Assembly: GCA_963825585.1 (NCBI GenBank)
Contig: CAWGTX010000007.1
Coordinates: 1,839 to 65,838, forward strand
Origin: an uncultured bacterium
GTDB taxonomy: Bacteria > Actinomycetota > Acidimicrobiia > Spongiisociales > ZC4RG35
Direction of reading: 5' to 3'
Length of the DNA: 64,000 nt
Shown in pieces: positions 19,788 to 29,400 of the stretch; position 1 is the stretch's first letter; each line of letters opens with the position of its first letter. The notes under the pieces are model-generated. The model was given only the letters and a program-made list of their open reading frames with translations. It was not told the DNA's origin and made no database searches. Made by a program: the position numbers and the translations under genes.

Positions 19788-20902
19788 GGCAGCGTCTGCA
19801 CCTCGACCGAGTACACCGGTGGAAGGTCACGGACGATCGGCATCCAGGAGTCGCCCGCATCGGCCGAGGCGTACACCTGCCCGCCGGTGGTTCCGAAGTA
19901 CACGCCGCACTCGTCGAGGCTGTCGACGGCCATCGAGTCACGCAGGACGTCGACGTAGCAGTCCTGCTGGGGGAGACCATTGGTGAGCGGCTCCCATTCG
20001 TTGCCACCGGTCCGGCTCCGGTACACCCGCAGCTTGCCTTCCGGCGGGAAGTGCTCGGAGTCGCTGGTGATGGGAACCACGTAGACCGTGTCGGGCTCGT
20101 GGGCGTGGACGTCGACGACGAACCCGAAGTCGCTGGGGAGGTTGCCGCTGATCTCGTACCAGTTGTCTCCGGCGTCGTCGGTGCGCATCACGTCCCAGTG
20201 CTTCTGCATGAATATGGTGTCGGGCCTCGACGGATGCATGGCGAGCCGATGGACGCAGTGGCCGGTCTCGGCGTCGGGGTCGGGAAGCTCATAGGGAGAG
20301 ACCAGACCCCGGTTGGTCGCATCCCAGGTCCCGCCACCATCGTCGGTGCGAAACACCCCGGCGGCGGAGATTGCGATGTGCATCCGCTCGGGCCGGTTGG
20401 GGTCGATGACGATGGTGTGGAGCCCCAGACCTCCCGCTCCCGGCTGCCACCCCGGCGCCGACCGGTGCGTTCGAACCCCGGTGAGCTCGGACCAGGTCAT
20501 CCCACCGTCGGTGGACTTGAACAGAGCGGCGTCCTCGATGCCGGCGTACACCGTGTCGGCGTCGACCGGTGAAGGCTCGAGGTGCCACACGCGGGTGAAC
20601 GAGAACGGCCTCGGCGTGCCATCGAACCACAGGTGCTCGCCCGGATCACCGTCATAGAGAAACTCGTTGCCGACCGGGTTCCAGGTCTGGCCGCCGTCAT
20701 CGGAGCGCTGGATCACCTGGCCGAACCAGCCACCCGACTGCGATGCGTAGAGACGGTTGGGGTCCACCGGCGACCCGGTGACGTGAAACATCTCCCAGCC
20801 GCCGAAGAGCGGGCCTTCGACCTTCCAATCCTTGCGGCGTTCATCCGATGCGAGCACGAAGGCACCCTTCTTGGTGCCGACCAACACCCGCACGTCTGTC
20901 AT
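19784..20902 (-). CDS. BNR/Asp-box repeat beta-propeller protein (WD40/YVTN/sialidase-like)
   Basis: Repeated S/T-x-D-G-G-x-T-W boxes ([35 protein letters not shown]); no signal peptide. Confidence 0.85.
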   Translation of the reverse strand: MTDVRVLVGTKKGAFVLASDERRKDWKVEGPLFGGWEMFHVTGSPVDPNRLYASQSGGWFGQVIQRSDDGGQTWNPVGNEFLYDGDPGEHLWFDGTPRPFSFTRVWHLEPSPVDADTVYAGIEDAALFKSTDGGMTWSELTGVRTHRSAPGWQPGAGGLGLHTIVIDPNRPERMHIAISAAGVFRTDDGGGTWDATNRGLVSPYELPDPDAETGHCVHRLAMHPSRPDTIFMQKHWDVMRTDDAGDNWYEISGNLPSDFGFVVDVHAHEPDTVYVVPITSDSEHFPPEGKLRVYRSRTGGNEWEPLTNGLPQQDCYVDVLRDSMAVDSLDECGVYFGTTGGQVYASADAGDSWMPIVRDLPPVYSVEVQTLP

Positions 20903-20971
20903 CGGTGTCCTCCTCGGTTCAGACTTCCGAAGCTAGTACCGATCGCGTAGGAGTGCGCCGATGACGGACCG

Positions 20972-20997
20972 AGCGAGGAGCGAGGGGCGAGGAGCCG
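20972..20997 (+). repeat. CGAGGAG/CGAGGGG heptamer array
   Basis: GCGAGGAGCGAGGGGCGAGGAGCCGG. Confidence 0.6.
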
Positions 20998-21048
20998 GCA
21001 AGCGGATGCCCACGATCCGCCCCGTCAGCATTCGCCAACGGGCGACAG

Positions 21049-22125
21049 TCAGACGATCCCGGTAAGCGGGGACTCGCCGCTGACTGCGGGTTGATCGGCG
21101 AGTTGTTCGGTGCTGCAGGACTCGGGTTCGCGGTCGGGGCGCCAGCGCACCATCTTGGTGGTGCCACGGAACCGACCGGCGCTGGCCCAGGTGTAGGCGA
21201 CTTCCACCACCCGTTCGGGTCGGAGCGGGATCCAGGTGTGATCACGCTCGCCCGAATTGCTCCACCGGTTGGGGGCTCCCGGCATCGATCCGTCGGTGTT
21301 GGCGGCCGCGTCCATCCAACTACTCCAGGGATGCTCCGACATATCGGTCAGTGCCAGCGGTTCGAGCTCAGCAACCAGTTCCTTCCGTTGTTTGGCGGTG
21401 AAGCTGGCGGCCACGCCGACGTGCCACAACTGCCCGTCGGGGGCGTAGAGGCCGAGGATGAGCGAGCCCACCCCGTCGCCCGACTTGTGGATCCGGTAGC
21501 CGGCCACCACGCAGTCGGCGGTGCGGTTGTGCTTGAGCTTGAACTGGGTCCGCTTGTCGAACACGTAGCGGTCGCCCTTGGGTTTGATGATGAGCCCGTC
21601 GAGGCCGGCCGCCTCGGTGACGTGGAACCACTCCATCGCCAGCTGGGGATCGTCGGTGGCGGGCGCCAGATGCACCGGCGGTGCGAACCCGCCCGAGACG
21701 CCTTCCAACGCCGTCCGCCGTTCGGAGAACGGCAGTTCCAGCAGCGACAGGTCGTCGAGGGCGAGCAGGTCGAAGGCCACGAAGCCGGCGGGCGTCCGTT
21801 CGGCGAGCATGTTGACCCGGGATTCGGCAGGGTGGATGCGCTGGCCGAGAGCGTCGAAGTCGAGCTTGCCGTCGATGCTGACGATGATCTCGCCGTCGAC
21901 CACACACCGCTCGGGCAGGCTCACCTTGAACGGTTCGAGCATCTCCGGGAAGTAGCGGTTGAGCGGCTTCTCGTTGCGCGAGCCCATCACCACCTCGTCA
22001 CCGTCCCGGAACACGATGCAGCGGTATCCGTCCCACTTCGGCTCGTAGGACACGTTGCCGAGTGGGAGCTCGGGCACGGGTTTGGCCAGCATCGGCTTGA
22101 TCGGTGGCATGACGGGAAGATCCAT
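21049..22125 (-). CDS. ligC: ATP-dependent DNA ligase LigC
   Basis: PPIKPMLAK, YEPKWDGYR, VVDGEI, FVAFDLL, KLKHNRTADCVVAGYR, PLRPERVVEVAY, RWRPDR. Confidence 0.9.
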   Translation of the reverse strand: MDLPVMPPIKPMLAKPVPELPLGNVSYEPKWDGYRCIVFRDGDEVVMGSRNEKPLNRYFPEMLEPFKVSLPERCVVDGEIIVSIDGKLDFDALGQRIHPAESRVNMLAERTPAGFVAFDLLALDDLSLLELPFSERRTALEGVSGGFAPPVHLAPATDDPQLAMEWFHVTEAAGLDGLIIKPKGDRYVFDKRTQFKLKHNRTADCVVAGYRIHKSGDGVGSLILGLYAPDGQLWHVGVAASFTAKQRKELVAELEPLALTDMSEHPWSSWMDAAANTDGSMPGAPNRWSNSGERDHTWIPLRPERVVEVAYTWASAGRFRGTTKMVRWRPDREPESCSTEQLADQPAVSGESPLTGIV

Positions 22126-22185
22126 CGTCTGAGCCTATCGTCCTGCGGTAGCCGAGCCCCCGATCCTTCGCGGTAGCCTCCCCGG

Positions 22186-22854
22186 GTGGCGATCACTCTC
22201 GTTCTGGCCGAGGACAGCTTCCTCATGCGCGAAGGCATCACCGCCCTGCTGGCGCTCGACGACCAGCTCGAGCTGCTGGCCGGATGTGCGTCCTACGACG
22301 AGCTGATGGCCGCCGTCGAACTCCACAACCCTGAGGTCGTGATCACCGACATCAGGATGCCGCCGACCCAGACCGACGAGGGAATCCGGGCGGCGAACGC
22401 AATCCGAACGAGCCACCCGGGCACCGGCGTGGTGGTGCTGAGCCAGTACGTGGAACCCGCCTACGCGTTGAAGCTCTTCGAGCAGGGATCGGAGGGTCGG
22501 GCGTACCTCCTCAAGGAACGGGTCGCCGACCTCGACGAACTGGGTGCCGCCATCCGACGCGTCGCCCAGGGCGGATCGGTGGTCGATCCGAAAGTGATGG
22601 ATGCTCTGATCCAGTCGAACTCCGAGGGAGCCTCGACGATCCTCGATCGGCTCACCGATCGGGAGCGGGAGGTCCTCGCCGAGATGGCGAAGGGCGGCAG
22701 CAACGCCGCCATCGGCGAGGCACTCTTCATCTCTGCACGTTCGGTGGAAAAGCACGTCAACACCATCTTCACCAAGCTCGACCTCATTCCGACCGACGAT
22801 GTGAACCGTCGGGTCAGGGCCGTGCTCATCTACCTCGGAGTTGCGGGCGAGTAG
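22186..22854 (+). CDS. NarL/LuxR family DNA-binding response regulator
   Basis: LAED, ITDIRMPP (phospho-Asp), YLLKE, LTDREREVL...SVEKHVNTIFTKL. Confidence 0.95.
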   Translation: MAITLVLAEDSFLMREGITALLALDDQLELLAGCASYDELMAAVELHNPEVVITDIRMPPTQTDEGIRAANAIRTSHPGTGVVVLSQYVEPAYALKLFEQGSEGRAYLLKERVADLDELGAAIRRVAQGGSVVDPKVMDALIQSNSEGASTILDRLTDREREVLAEMAKGGSNAAIGEALFISARSVEKHVNTIFTKLDLIPTDDVNRRVRAVLIYLGVAGE

Positions 22855-22929
22855 CCCGTGCCAGCACCACCCCCGAATGGCGGGTCAGCGCGGTGGTCGA
22901 ACCCCGTCGCCTCCGCCATCATGGGGCGC

Positions 22930-23304
22930 ATGATGTCTGTGCGAGTGCTCATCGTGGATGATCAGAGGCCGTTTCGAGAGGCTTCGCGGATGGTCGTGGA
23001 AATGACCGACGGTTTCGAAGTCGTCGGCGAGGCCGAGAACGGCGAGGATGCCGTTTCCATGGCGTCGGATCTGCGGCCGGACCTGGTTCTCATGGACGTT
23101 CAGATGCCGGGAATCGATGGGCTCGAGGCAACCCGCAGGATCATGAGCCTCGATTCGCCACCTCGGGTGCTGGTGATGTCGACCCACGAATCGGGCAGCT
23201 ACGAAGAGCCGGCGCTGGCGGCCGGTGCCATCGCCTTCATCCCGAAGTCCGAGTTCAGCATGGACGCTCTGGAAACGTCCTGGGCTGCGGCGGTCGGAAC
23301 CTAG
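22930..23304 (+). CDS. Stand-alone receiver-domain response regulator
   Basis: VLIVDD, LVLMDVQMPGIDG, AFIPKS; no output domain. Confidence 0.9.
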   Translation: MMSVRVLIVDDQRPFREASRMVVEMTDGFEVVGEAENGEDAVSMASDLRPDLVLMDVQMPGIDGLEATRRIMSLDSPPRVLVMSTHESGSYEEPALAAGAIAFIPKSEFSMDALETSWAAAVGT

Positions 23305-25370
23305 GACGTACCGGCGACCGCCGCCGATATCGGCACAATCCCTGTGATGGTGGTGCCGACCCCTGGGGTGGAGTCGATGTGGATGGTTCCTCCGACGGTG
23401 TCGAGCCGGTCGGCGATGCCGTTCAGCCCCGCCCCGAGCTTCACCGTCTCCGGATCGAAGCCGTTGCCGTCGTCGGCCACCTCGAAGGTGAGCGCACCGC
23501 CACGTTCTGAAAGGGTGATGGCGACCGAGGAAGCGTCCGCATACTTCGTGGCGTTCTGCACTGATTCGAGGACCGAGAAGTACACGGCGGCCTCCACCTC
23601 CCGGGGGAACCGACCGCACCCCTCGCCCGAGATGGACACCGGAAGCGCGGCCGATCGCACCTGCTGGCGGATCGCCATCACCAGTCCCTCGGCCTCCAAC
23701 GTGGGCGGATAGATCCCGCCGGCGAAATCGCGCACCGCCTTGATGGCGTCTCCCGCCTGCTGCTCCAACTGACCCAACAGACTCGCGGTCTTCTCCGCCC
23801 CCGACTTCTCCGCCAACATCCGGGTCGGCCCCAACTTCACCTTCAACGCCACCAACTGCTGCTGCGGTCCGCTGTCCAGCGTGTGCTCCAACTCACGACG
23901 CGCCGCATCCGCCGCCACCAGCACCCGCTCACGCGACGCTTCCAACTCGGTCACCTGACGACGCAACTCACCCGTCAGCTGGGCGTTACGCAACGCCAAG
24001 CCCAACCCTGATGCCAAATCGGACAGCAGTCCCTCCTCGGCCGGTGTCACCGCCTCGCCCGCTTCCTTGACCAACGACAATCCGCCCAACAGCTCATCGT
24101 CGTGGAACACCCCCAGCGACCAATCCGCCTCGGGATCTGTGAAGGCATCGCCGCCGTCCAGTCGACGCAACCCCGCATCAGACGGCCAAACCGCCGCCGT
24201 TTCGAAGTGGTCGCCGCGTCGGGTCCACAGGGTCGCCGATCTCGCCCCGGTTCCGTCCACCATCCACTGGGGGATGCGTTCCAGCAGCTCCTCATCGGAC
24301 AGCTCGGACGAGCGATGAGAGAACCGGACCAGGATCTCGTGTGGTGTCGCCCGTTCGCCATAGACCAACCGGTTCGCCCAGCGCTGCAACCGTCGACGCG
24401 CCGGCTGGAAGGCCAACGCCACCACGACCGTCGCCACGATCGACAGCCCGAACCCGGCTTCGCCGCCGAGCAACCGACCCAATCCAACGACAGTGGCCAC
24501 GTACACCCCTCCGATGAACAGCGCCAACCCTCCGAAGGTCACCGACCGGGACAGGATGCGATCGATCTCGTACAACCGAAACCGAAAGATGGCGATGGCG
24601 ATGGCAATCGGAATCGCCAGGTAGATGACGGCGTCGAAGAAGGCGAAACCGCTCTCGTACGCTCCGAGCGGATCGAAGATGCCGTTGGAGATGCCGAGCA
24701 CGAAGTACAGCGCGCAGGCGAATCCGACCCATCCGATCTGTCGGCGTTCGACCGGCTCACTCCGGCGAGCCCTCATGATCAACCTGACTGCTGCCACGAG
24801 GAAGAAGATCAGGATGGGAAAGAACAAGACTTCGACGACTGGCCCCAGTGGATCTGCGATCTCGGCGTCGACGAACGGATGGGGGTAGCCCGAGCCACCG
24901 GGCTCCCCCAGGGCGCGGGGGCTCGCAACCAGTGCCAGGAGCGCCACCATCGACGTGTAGATCGCCGTCGCGCGGATGAACCTACGGTCCCACTCCGATG
25001 AAACCCGCCCGTAGGGAAACAGGAGGATCATCGGCACCTGGATCCAGGTGGCGAACTTGTCGATCGGACTGAACGCCCACGCGATCCAACTGGCGACTTC
25101 GACGTCACCCGCCTGGGCGTACCAGGCCGCCGCCACGTCTGCCGCGTGGATCGCATTCCACAGCACCCCGAGTGTCAAGAGCAGCGCACCAACGACGTTG
25201 CCGGGCTTCCGCACGACGATGATCGCCCCGATCGCCATGAAGGCACCGTTGGCAACGGCTTGTCCCCACGCAAGTGGCGTCCCCAGGAGCACGAGCGTCA
25301 CGGCCGCGGCGAGATACACGACCACTGCGGCCACCAGTGCGATCCGAACGCGTCGACTGAGAGTCGTCAT
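23301..25370 (-). CDS. Multi-TM HisKA_3-type sensor kinase with intact HATPase_c but no canonical phospho-His
   Basis: About 9 TM helices and a GAF-like region; H-box reads RELEHTLDSGPQQ; N box ESVQNATKYA, G1 ADDGNGFD, G2 GAGLNGIADR, STPGVGTTI. Confidence 0.85.
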   Translation of the reverse strand: MTTLSRRVRIALVAAVVVYLAAAVTLVLLGTPLAWGQAVANGAFMAIGAIIVVRKPGNVVGALLLTLGVLWNAIHAADVAAAWYAQAGDVEVASWIAWAFSPIDKFATWIQVPMILLFPYGRVSSEWDRRFIRATAIYTSMVALLALVASPRALGEPGGSGYPHPFVDAEIADPLGPVVEVLFFPILIFFLVAAVRLIMRARRSEPVERRQIGWVGFACALYFVLGISNGIFDPLGAYESGFAFFDAVIYLAIPIAIAIAIFRFRLYEIDRILSRSVTFGGLALFIGGVYVATVVGLGRLLGGEAGFGLSIVATVVVALAFQPARRRLQRWANRLVYGERATPHEILVRFSHRSSELSDEELLERIPQWMVDGTGARSATLWTRRGDHFETAAVWPSDAGLRRLDGGDAFTDPEADWSLGVFHDDELLGGLSLVKEAGEAVTPAEEGLLSDLASGLGLALRNAQLTGELRRQVTELEASRERVLVAADAARRELEHTLDSGPQQQLVALKVKLGPTRMLAEKSGAEKTASLLGQLEQQAGDAIKAVRDFAGGIYPPTLEAEGLVMAIRQQVRSAALPVSISGEGCGRFPREVEAAVYFSVLESVQNATKYADASSVAITLSERGGALTFEVADDGNGFDPETVKLGAGLNGIADRLDTVGGTIHIDSTPGVGTTITGIVPISAAVAGTS

Positions 25371-27463
25371 GAGAGCTCCGCCACCAGTTGGGTGGTCGAC
25401 GACACGGCGTCGATCGACTGGGGTGTCGGGAATCGCGCGGTGAGTTCGATGGCCTGATCCGCCGCATGAATCGAGAGGGTTCCACCGGCGGCGTCGACTC
25501 GGTCGTGGACGACGGTGACGTCGAGGTCTGTCGTTCCTTTCACATCGACTGTCATCACCAACTCACCGGCGAGGCCGGTGAGACCGACCGTCATCTGCGT
25601 CGCTCCCGACATGCGGGCCCGTTCGATCATCTCGAGCACCGAGAAGTAAACGGTCTCCTCGATCGGGCGTGGAAACCTGGCGACGTCATCGGCGCCGACG
25701 GTGAGGGGTATCTGCGAGGTTCGTTCGACCGCACGCAGGGCAGCCTCGAGACCCTCGGACTCCAACAACGGCGGATAGATCCCGTGGGCGACCGCCCTGA
25801 GCGCATCGACCGCCTGTTGGGTCTCCTCGGCCAACACCGACACCCGGGCGACGATGTCGTCGGCGCCTTCCCGTTCGGCGATGGTCCTGGCGATCCCCAA
25901 CTTCACCTTCAACGCGACGACCTGCTGTTGGGCACCGTCGTGGAGATTCCGTTCGAGACGATGACGCTCGGAGTCCTGCGCAGCGATCAGCCGCCGCCGC
26001 GACTCCCGCACCTCTTCCGCCCGCTTCTCCAACTCACGATTCAACGAGATGTTGCGCAACACCAACCCCGCACCGGCAGCGACATCCGCCAGCAAATCCC
26101 GATCGTTCGGACTGATCGGATCGTCGGGCGGTTTGGTGATGCTCACTGCACCGAACACGTCACCCCGATACACCACCGGCCGTGATGCTGTCAGCTCGTC
26201 GTCGACCAGACCACCAACAGAAACCGGTTCGATCGACTGGGATTCCCCACGGAAGAAGACCCCGTCAGGTGACAGCACGTCGTCGATCTTCAACCAGACG
26301 ACCGCCCGCTCGGCACCGGTCCCCTGGGCAAGCAACTGAGCGAGGTCGTCGGTGCCGTTGCCGATCGTCGACTCAGCCAGCCGGGAGGTGAGCTTTGAAA
26401 GCACCTCGTGTGGCGTGGCTCGCTCGCCGTAGACCAGACGGTCGGCCCAGCGCTGCATTCGGTCCCGGACAGGCTCGAACACCACCGCCACCACAGCCGC
26501 CGCCACGATCGGGAGCACCAGACCCGGCCCCTCACCATCCGACCGCCCAACCACGAGCAGCGGCAACACCACCACCGTTGCGTACAAGCCGGCGATCGTC
26601 ACAGCCAAAGCGAGGTAGGTCACCGACTTGGAAACGATGACGTCGATGTCGTAGAGGCGGTATCGGAAGATCGAGACGCTGATCCCGAGTGGTATCAACA
26701 CGATCGCCACGGCGTCGATCAGCAGGAAGGCGCTGTCTTCATTGCCGAGCGGGGCGATGGACACGTTGGCGATGAGAATCGTCAGGTTGAGGACGACTGC
26801 TGCGGCGATCCAGCCCACCTGGCGGCGCTCGATCGGATCGCCGTGACGCAGCCTGAGGACCAGCCTCACGGCGACGAAGTATCCGAACGCGAAGAACAGA
26901 AAGGTCAAGCCTTGAACGACGACGTAGAGGGGTTGAGCGATCTCGCTCGGGACGAAGGGGTGCGGGTACGCCTGGGTCTCGGGTAAGAGTTGGGGGGTGG
27001 CGAAGACGGTGGCGACCGTCACCACGGCCGCGAGTGCCCCGCTTGCCTGGAGGAGCCTCCGGTCTGTCTCCGTGGTGGGCCGACCATTGGGGAAGACCAA
27101 CCAGATGGCGGCGAGCAGCCAGAACGTAGGAGCGACCGGTACGACCGCTGCGAGGGTCATCCAGGCGGCGGCATCAAGACGTCCCGCCTGGTCGAGGGCG
27201 TCGGCCATGACGCCCAGCGCTGTCGACAGGGCCCACAGCGAGCCGTATGCCACGAGCATGAGCCCCAGCCGATTCTCCCGGCGCACCACGATCAGCCCAC
27301 CGACCAGGACGAAGGTACCGAAAGCGGTGAGGGTGGCGATCTCGTAGCTCCGTGACAGGACCAGGGAAACCACGACCGAAACGAGGTAGACGGCCACGCC
27401 GGCACGGAGAAGACGTCTCTGCCGAGTCCGGGGACCGGTGACCCGACCATCCGTCGGCATCAT
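25367..27463 (-). CDS. Multi-TM HisKA_3-type sensor kinase with intact phospho-His but degenerate HATPase_c
   Basis: Paralog of the neighbour (shared RLVYGERATPHE). H-box RLERNLHDGAQQ; N box reads EMIERARMS; no DDGxG or GxGL. Confidence 0.85.
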   Translation of the reverse strand: MMPTDGRVTGPRTRQRRLLRAGVAVYLVSVVVSLVLSRSYEIATLTAFGTFVLVGGLIVVRRENRLGLMLVAYGSLWALSTALGVMADALDQAGRLDAAAWMTLAAVVPVAPTFWLLAAIWLVFPNGRPTTETDRRLLQASGALAAVVTVATVFATPQLLPETQAYPHPFVPSEIAQPLYVVVQGLTFLFFAFGYFVAVRLVLRLRHGDPIERRQVGWIAAAVVLNLTILIANVSIAPLGNEDSAFLLIDAVAIVLIPLGISVSIFRYRLYDIDVIVSKSVTYLALAVTIAGLYATVVVLPLLVVGRSDGEGPGLVLPIVAAAVVAVVFEPVRDRMQRWADRLVYGERATPHEVLSKLTSRLAESTIGNGTDDLAQLLAQGTGAERAVVWLKIDDVLSPDGVFFRGESQSIEPVSVGGLVDDELTASRPVVYRGDVFGAVSITKPPDDPISPNDRDLLADVAAGAGLVLRNISLNRELEKRAEEVRESRRRLIAAQDSERHRLERNLHDGAQQQVVALKVKLGIARTIAEREGADDIVARVSVLAEETQQAVDALRAVAHGIYPPLLESEGLEAALRAVERTSQIPLTVGADDVARFPRPIEETVYFSVLEMIERARMSGATQMTVGLTGLAGELVMTVDVKGTTDLDVTVVHDRVDAAGGTLSIHAADQAIELTARFPTPQSIDAVSSTTQLVAELS

Positions 27464-28764
27464 GTCTGCCTCGGTGGGAAGCGGTGGGCACCGACGGCGG
27501 TATCACGGCCTTTGACCAGCGCCGGCTCCAGCACGTCCGCTTCGGGTTGCCACTCGATCGCCTGCCACGTCGGCTCACTGAGGACCGTCTCGCCGGGCTC
27601 GGCCCACTGCTGCAGCCGCTGGGTGAGGTTCACGGTGTCGCCGACGACCGAGTACTCCAGCCGCTCCTCGGATCCGAGCAGGGCCGCCGCCACCAACCCG
27701 GTCGACAGCCCGATGCCCAGTCCGAAGGGATCAAGCCCATCGGATTCCCACCGCTGATTGAGGTCGGACTGGGCTGTGTGCATGGCGATGGCGGCAGCGA
27801 CCGCCCGATCGGCGTGGTCGGTTTGGGCTACCGGCGCCCCGAACACCGCCATGACGGCGTCGCCGACGAACTGCATGACCGTCCCCCCCTCCCCGAGGAT
27901 GGCGCGGTTCATCGCCGCCCGATGTTCGTGGAGCTGGCCGGCCAGGGCGCTCGGTTCGGCGTGCTCTGCGATGGTGGTATACCCCCGGATGTCGGACATG
28001 AGCACTGTGACGATCAGTTCCTCGGTCTCACCGGGGCGGCGGCCCTCGCCGATGATCTGTGCCGCCACCCCGCCGGGTAGGAGCCGGCCGAGCGCTTCGC
28101 CCTGCTCCCGACCGTCGACTATGGCCCGCTGGAGCATCTTGAGACGGTCGAGACTGTCGGAACGCCCGGCGGCGAGCCCCTCGGCGAGCTTGCCGAACAA
28201 CGCCTCGATGGCGGCGTTGGCATCGGAGGGGGTGGTGGCGAGGTGGGCCGCGATCGCCTTCACCGTCCGCCCCTCGGCCACCAGCCTCAACAACTCCTCC
28301 TCACCGCTCGACAGTGAGCCGTCGGCCCTGACCGGGTTGACCAGGCCCTCGACGATCTTGGAGTCGAGCAGCGACCCGCCGGCCGCCACCTCACGCACCG
28401 CCCGCGCCAGCTGATCGCCTTCACCCACCCGGTCCTTCAGCAGGTAGGCGTATCCGGCGGCGCCCTCGGACAGCAACGAGACGGCGTAGTCGGGGTCGTC
28501 GAACTGCGAGAGGATCACGACGCCGGTTCCCGGGTGGCGCTTTCGGACCTCCTTGGCGGCATCGATTCCCTCACGCGAGAAGTTGGGCGGCATGCGGATG
28601 TCGGTGACGATCACCTGCGGACCGGTGGCCTCGGCGCCGGCCACGAGCTCGTCGTAGGCGCCGGCTTGACCCACGACCTCGAAGTCGTCCTCGAGCTCGA
28701 GCAGGGCCTTGACTCCCTCCCGCACGATGAGATTGTCATCGGCCAGGAACACGGTGATCGGCAT
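27460..28764 (-). CDS. Receiver / LuxR-like HTH / class III nucleotidyl cyclase fusion
   Basis: REC: FLADD, VTDIRMPP, YLLKD. HTH-like: LSSGEEELLRLVAEGRTVKAIA. Cyclase: MSDIRGYT, MQFVGDAVMAVFG, GIGLSTG, EYSVVGDTVNLTQRLQ. Confidence 0.9.
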   Translation of the reverse strand: MPITVFLADDNLIVREGVKALLELEDDFEVVGQAGAYDELVAGAEATGPQVIVTDIRMPPNFSREGIDAAKEVRKRHPGTGVVILSQFDDPDYAVSLLSEGAAGYAYLLKDRVGEGDQLARAVREVAAGGSLLDSKIVEGLVNPVRADGSLSSGEEELLRLVAEGRTVKAIAAHLATTPSDANAAIEALFGKLAEGLAAGRSDSLDRLKMLQRAIVDGREQGEALGRLLPGGVAAQIIGEGRRPGETEELIVTVLMSDIRGYTTIAEHAEPSALAGQLHEHRAAMNRAILGEGGTVMQFVGDAVMAVFGAPVAQTDHADRAVAAAIAMHTAQSDLNQRWESDGLDPFGLGIGLSTGLVAAALLGSEERLEYSVVGDTVNLTQRLQQWAEPGETVLSEPTWQAIEWQPEADVLEPALVKGRDTAVGAHRFPPRQT

Positions 28765-28968
28765 GACAGACCTCTCGGGACGATGGAACGTGTCGCCATC
28801 TTGGCCGGTCACCGGGCGATTGCCCAGCGTGCGGGCTCGCAGTCTCGAGGTGGTGCCAGCACCCATGCGTCGAAGGGCCATCACCCTGGCGCGGATCCGA
28901 CGAGGGGCGCACATTGGGACCTACAACCCGAGCCCGACATCACCGGCCGACCACGAGAGGAGAGGGCG

Positions 28969-29376
28969 ATGAGCGATCTGAAGGCGCTGTCACAGCGCAT
29001 GTACGACGAGATGGCGGCGGGTGCCGACATCGATGCGATGGCAGAGCGGTATCTGGCGGAGGACTACGTCGACCACGAGCTTCCCGGGTCGAACCGCGAG
29101 GCTGCGGTCGAGATGTTCAACATGGCGCACGCGGCGTTCCCCGACTTCCGTATGGAGGTCGTCGAGATGCTGCAGGACGGTGACAAGGTCGTTGCCCGTC
29201 TCAGGATGCGGGGAACCCACCAGGGCGAGTTCATGGGCATACCGGCCAGCGGCAACCCGATCGACGTGGCCGGGATCGACATCAACCAGTGGCGGGACGG
29301 CAAGTGCATCGCCCACTGGGGCGTCACGGACTTCGCGGCAATGATGCAACAGATCGGCGACGGGGCTCCTGCCTAG
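28969..29376 (+). CDS. SnoaL-like ester cyclase (NTF2 fold)
   Basis: AFPDF...GDKVVARLRMRGTHQGEFMGIPASGN...DGKCIAHW. Confidence 0.9.
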   Translation: MSDLKALSQRMYDEMAAGADIDAMAERYLAEDYVDHELPGSNREAAVEMFNMAHAAFPDFRMEVVEMLQDGDKVVARLRMRGTHQGEFMGIPASGNPIDVAGIDINQWRDGKCIAHWGVTDFAAMMQQIGDGAPA

Positions 29377-29400
29377 AGCACCCCGACCAGGAGGCCAGCC

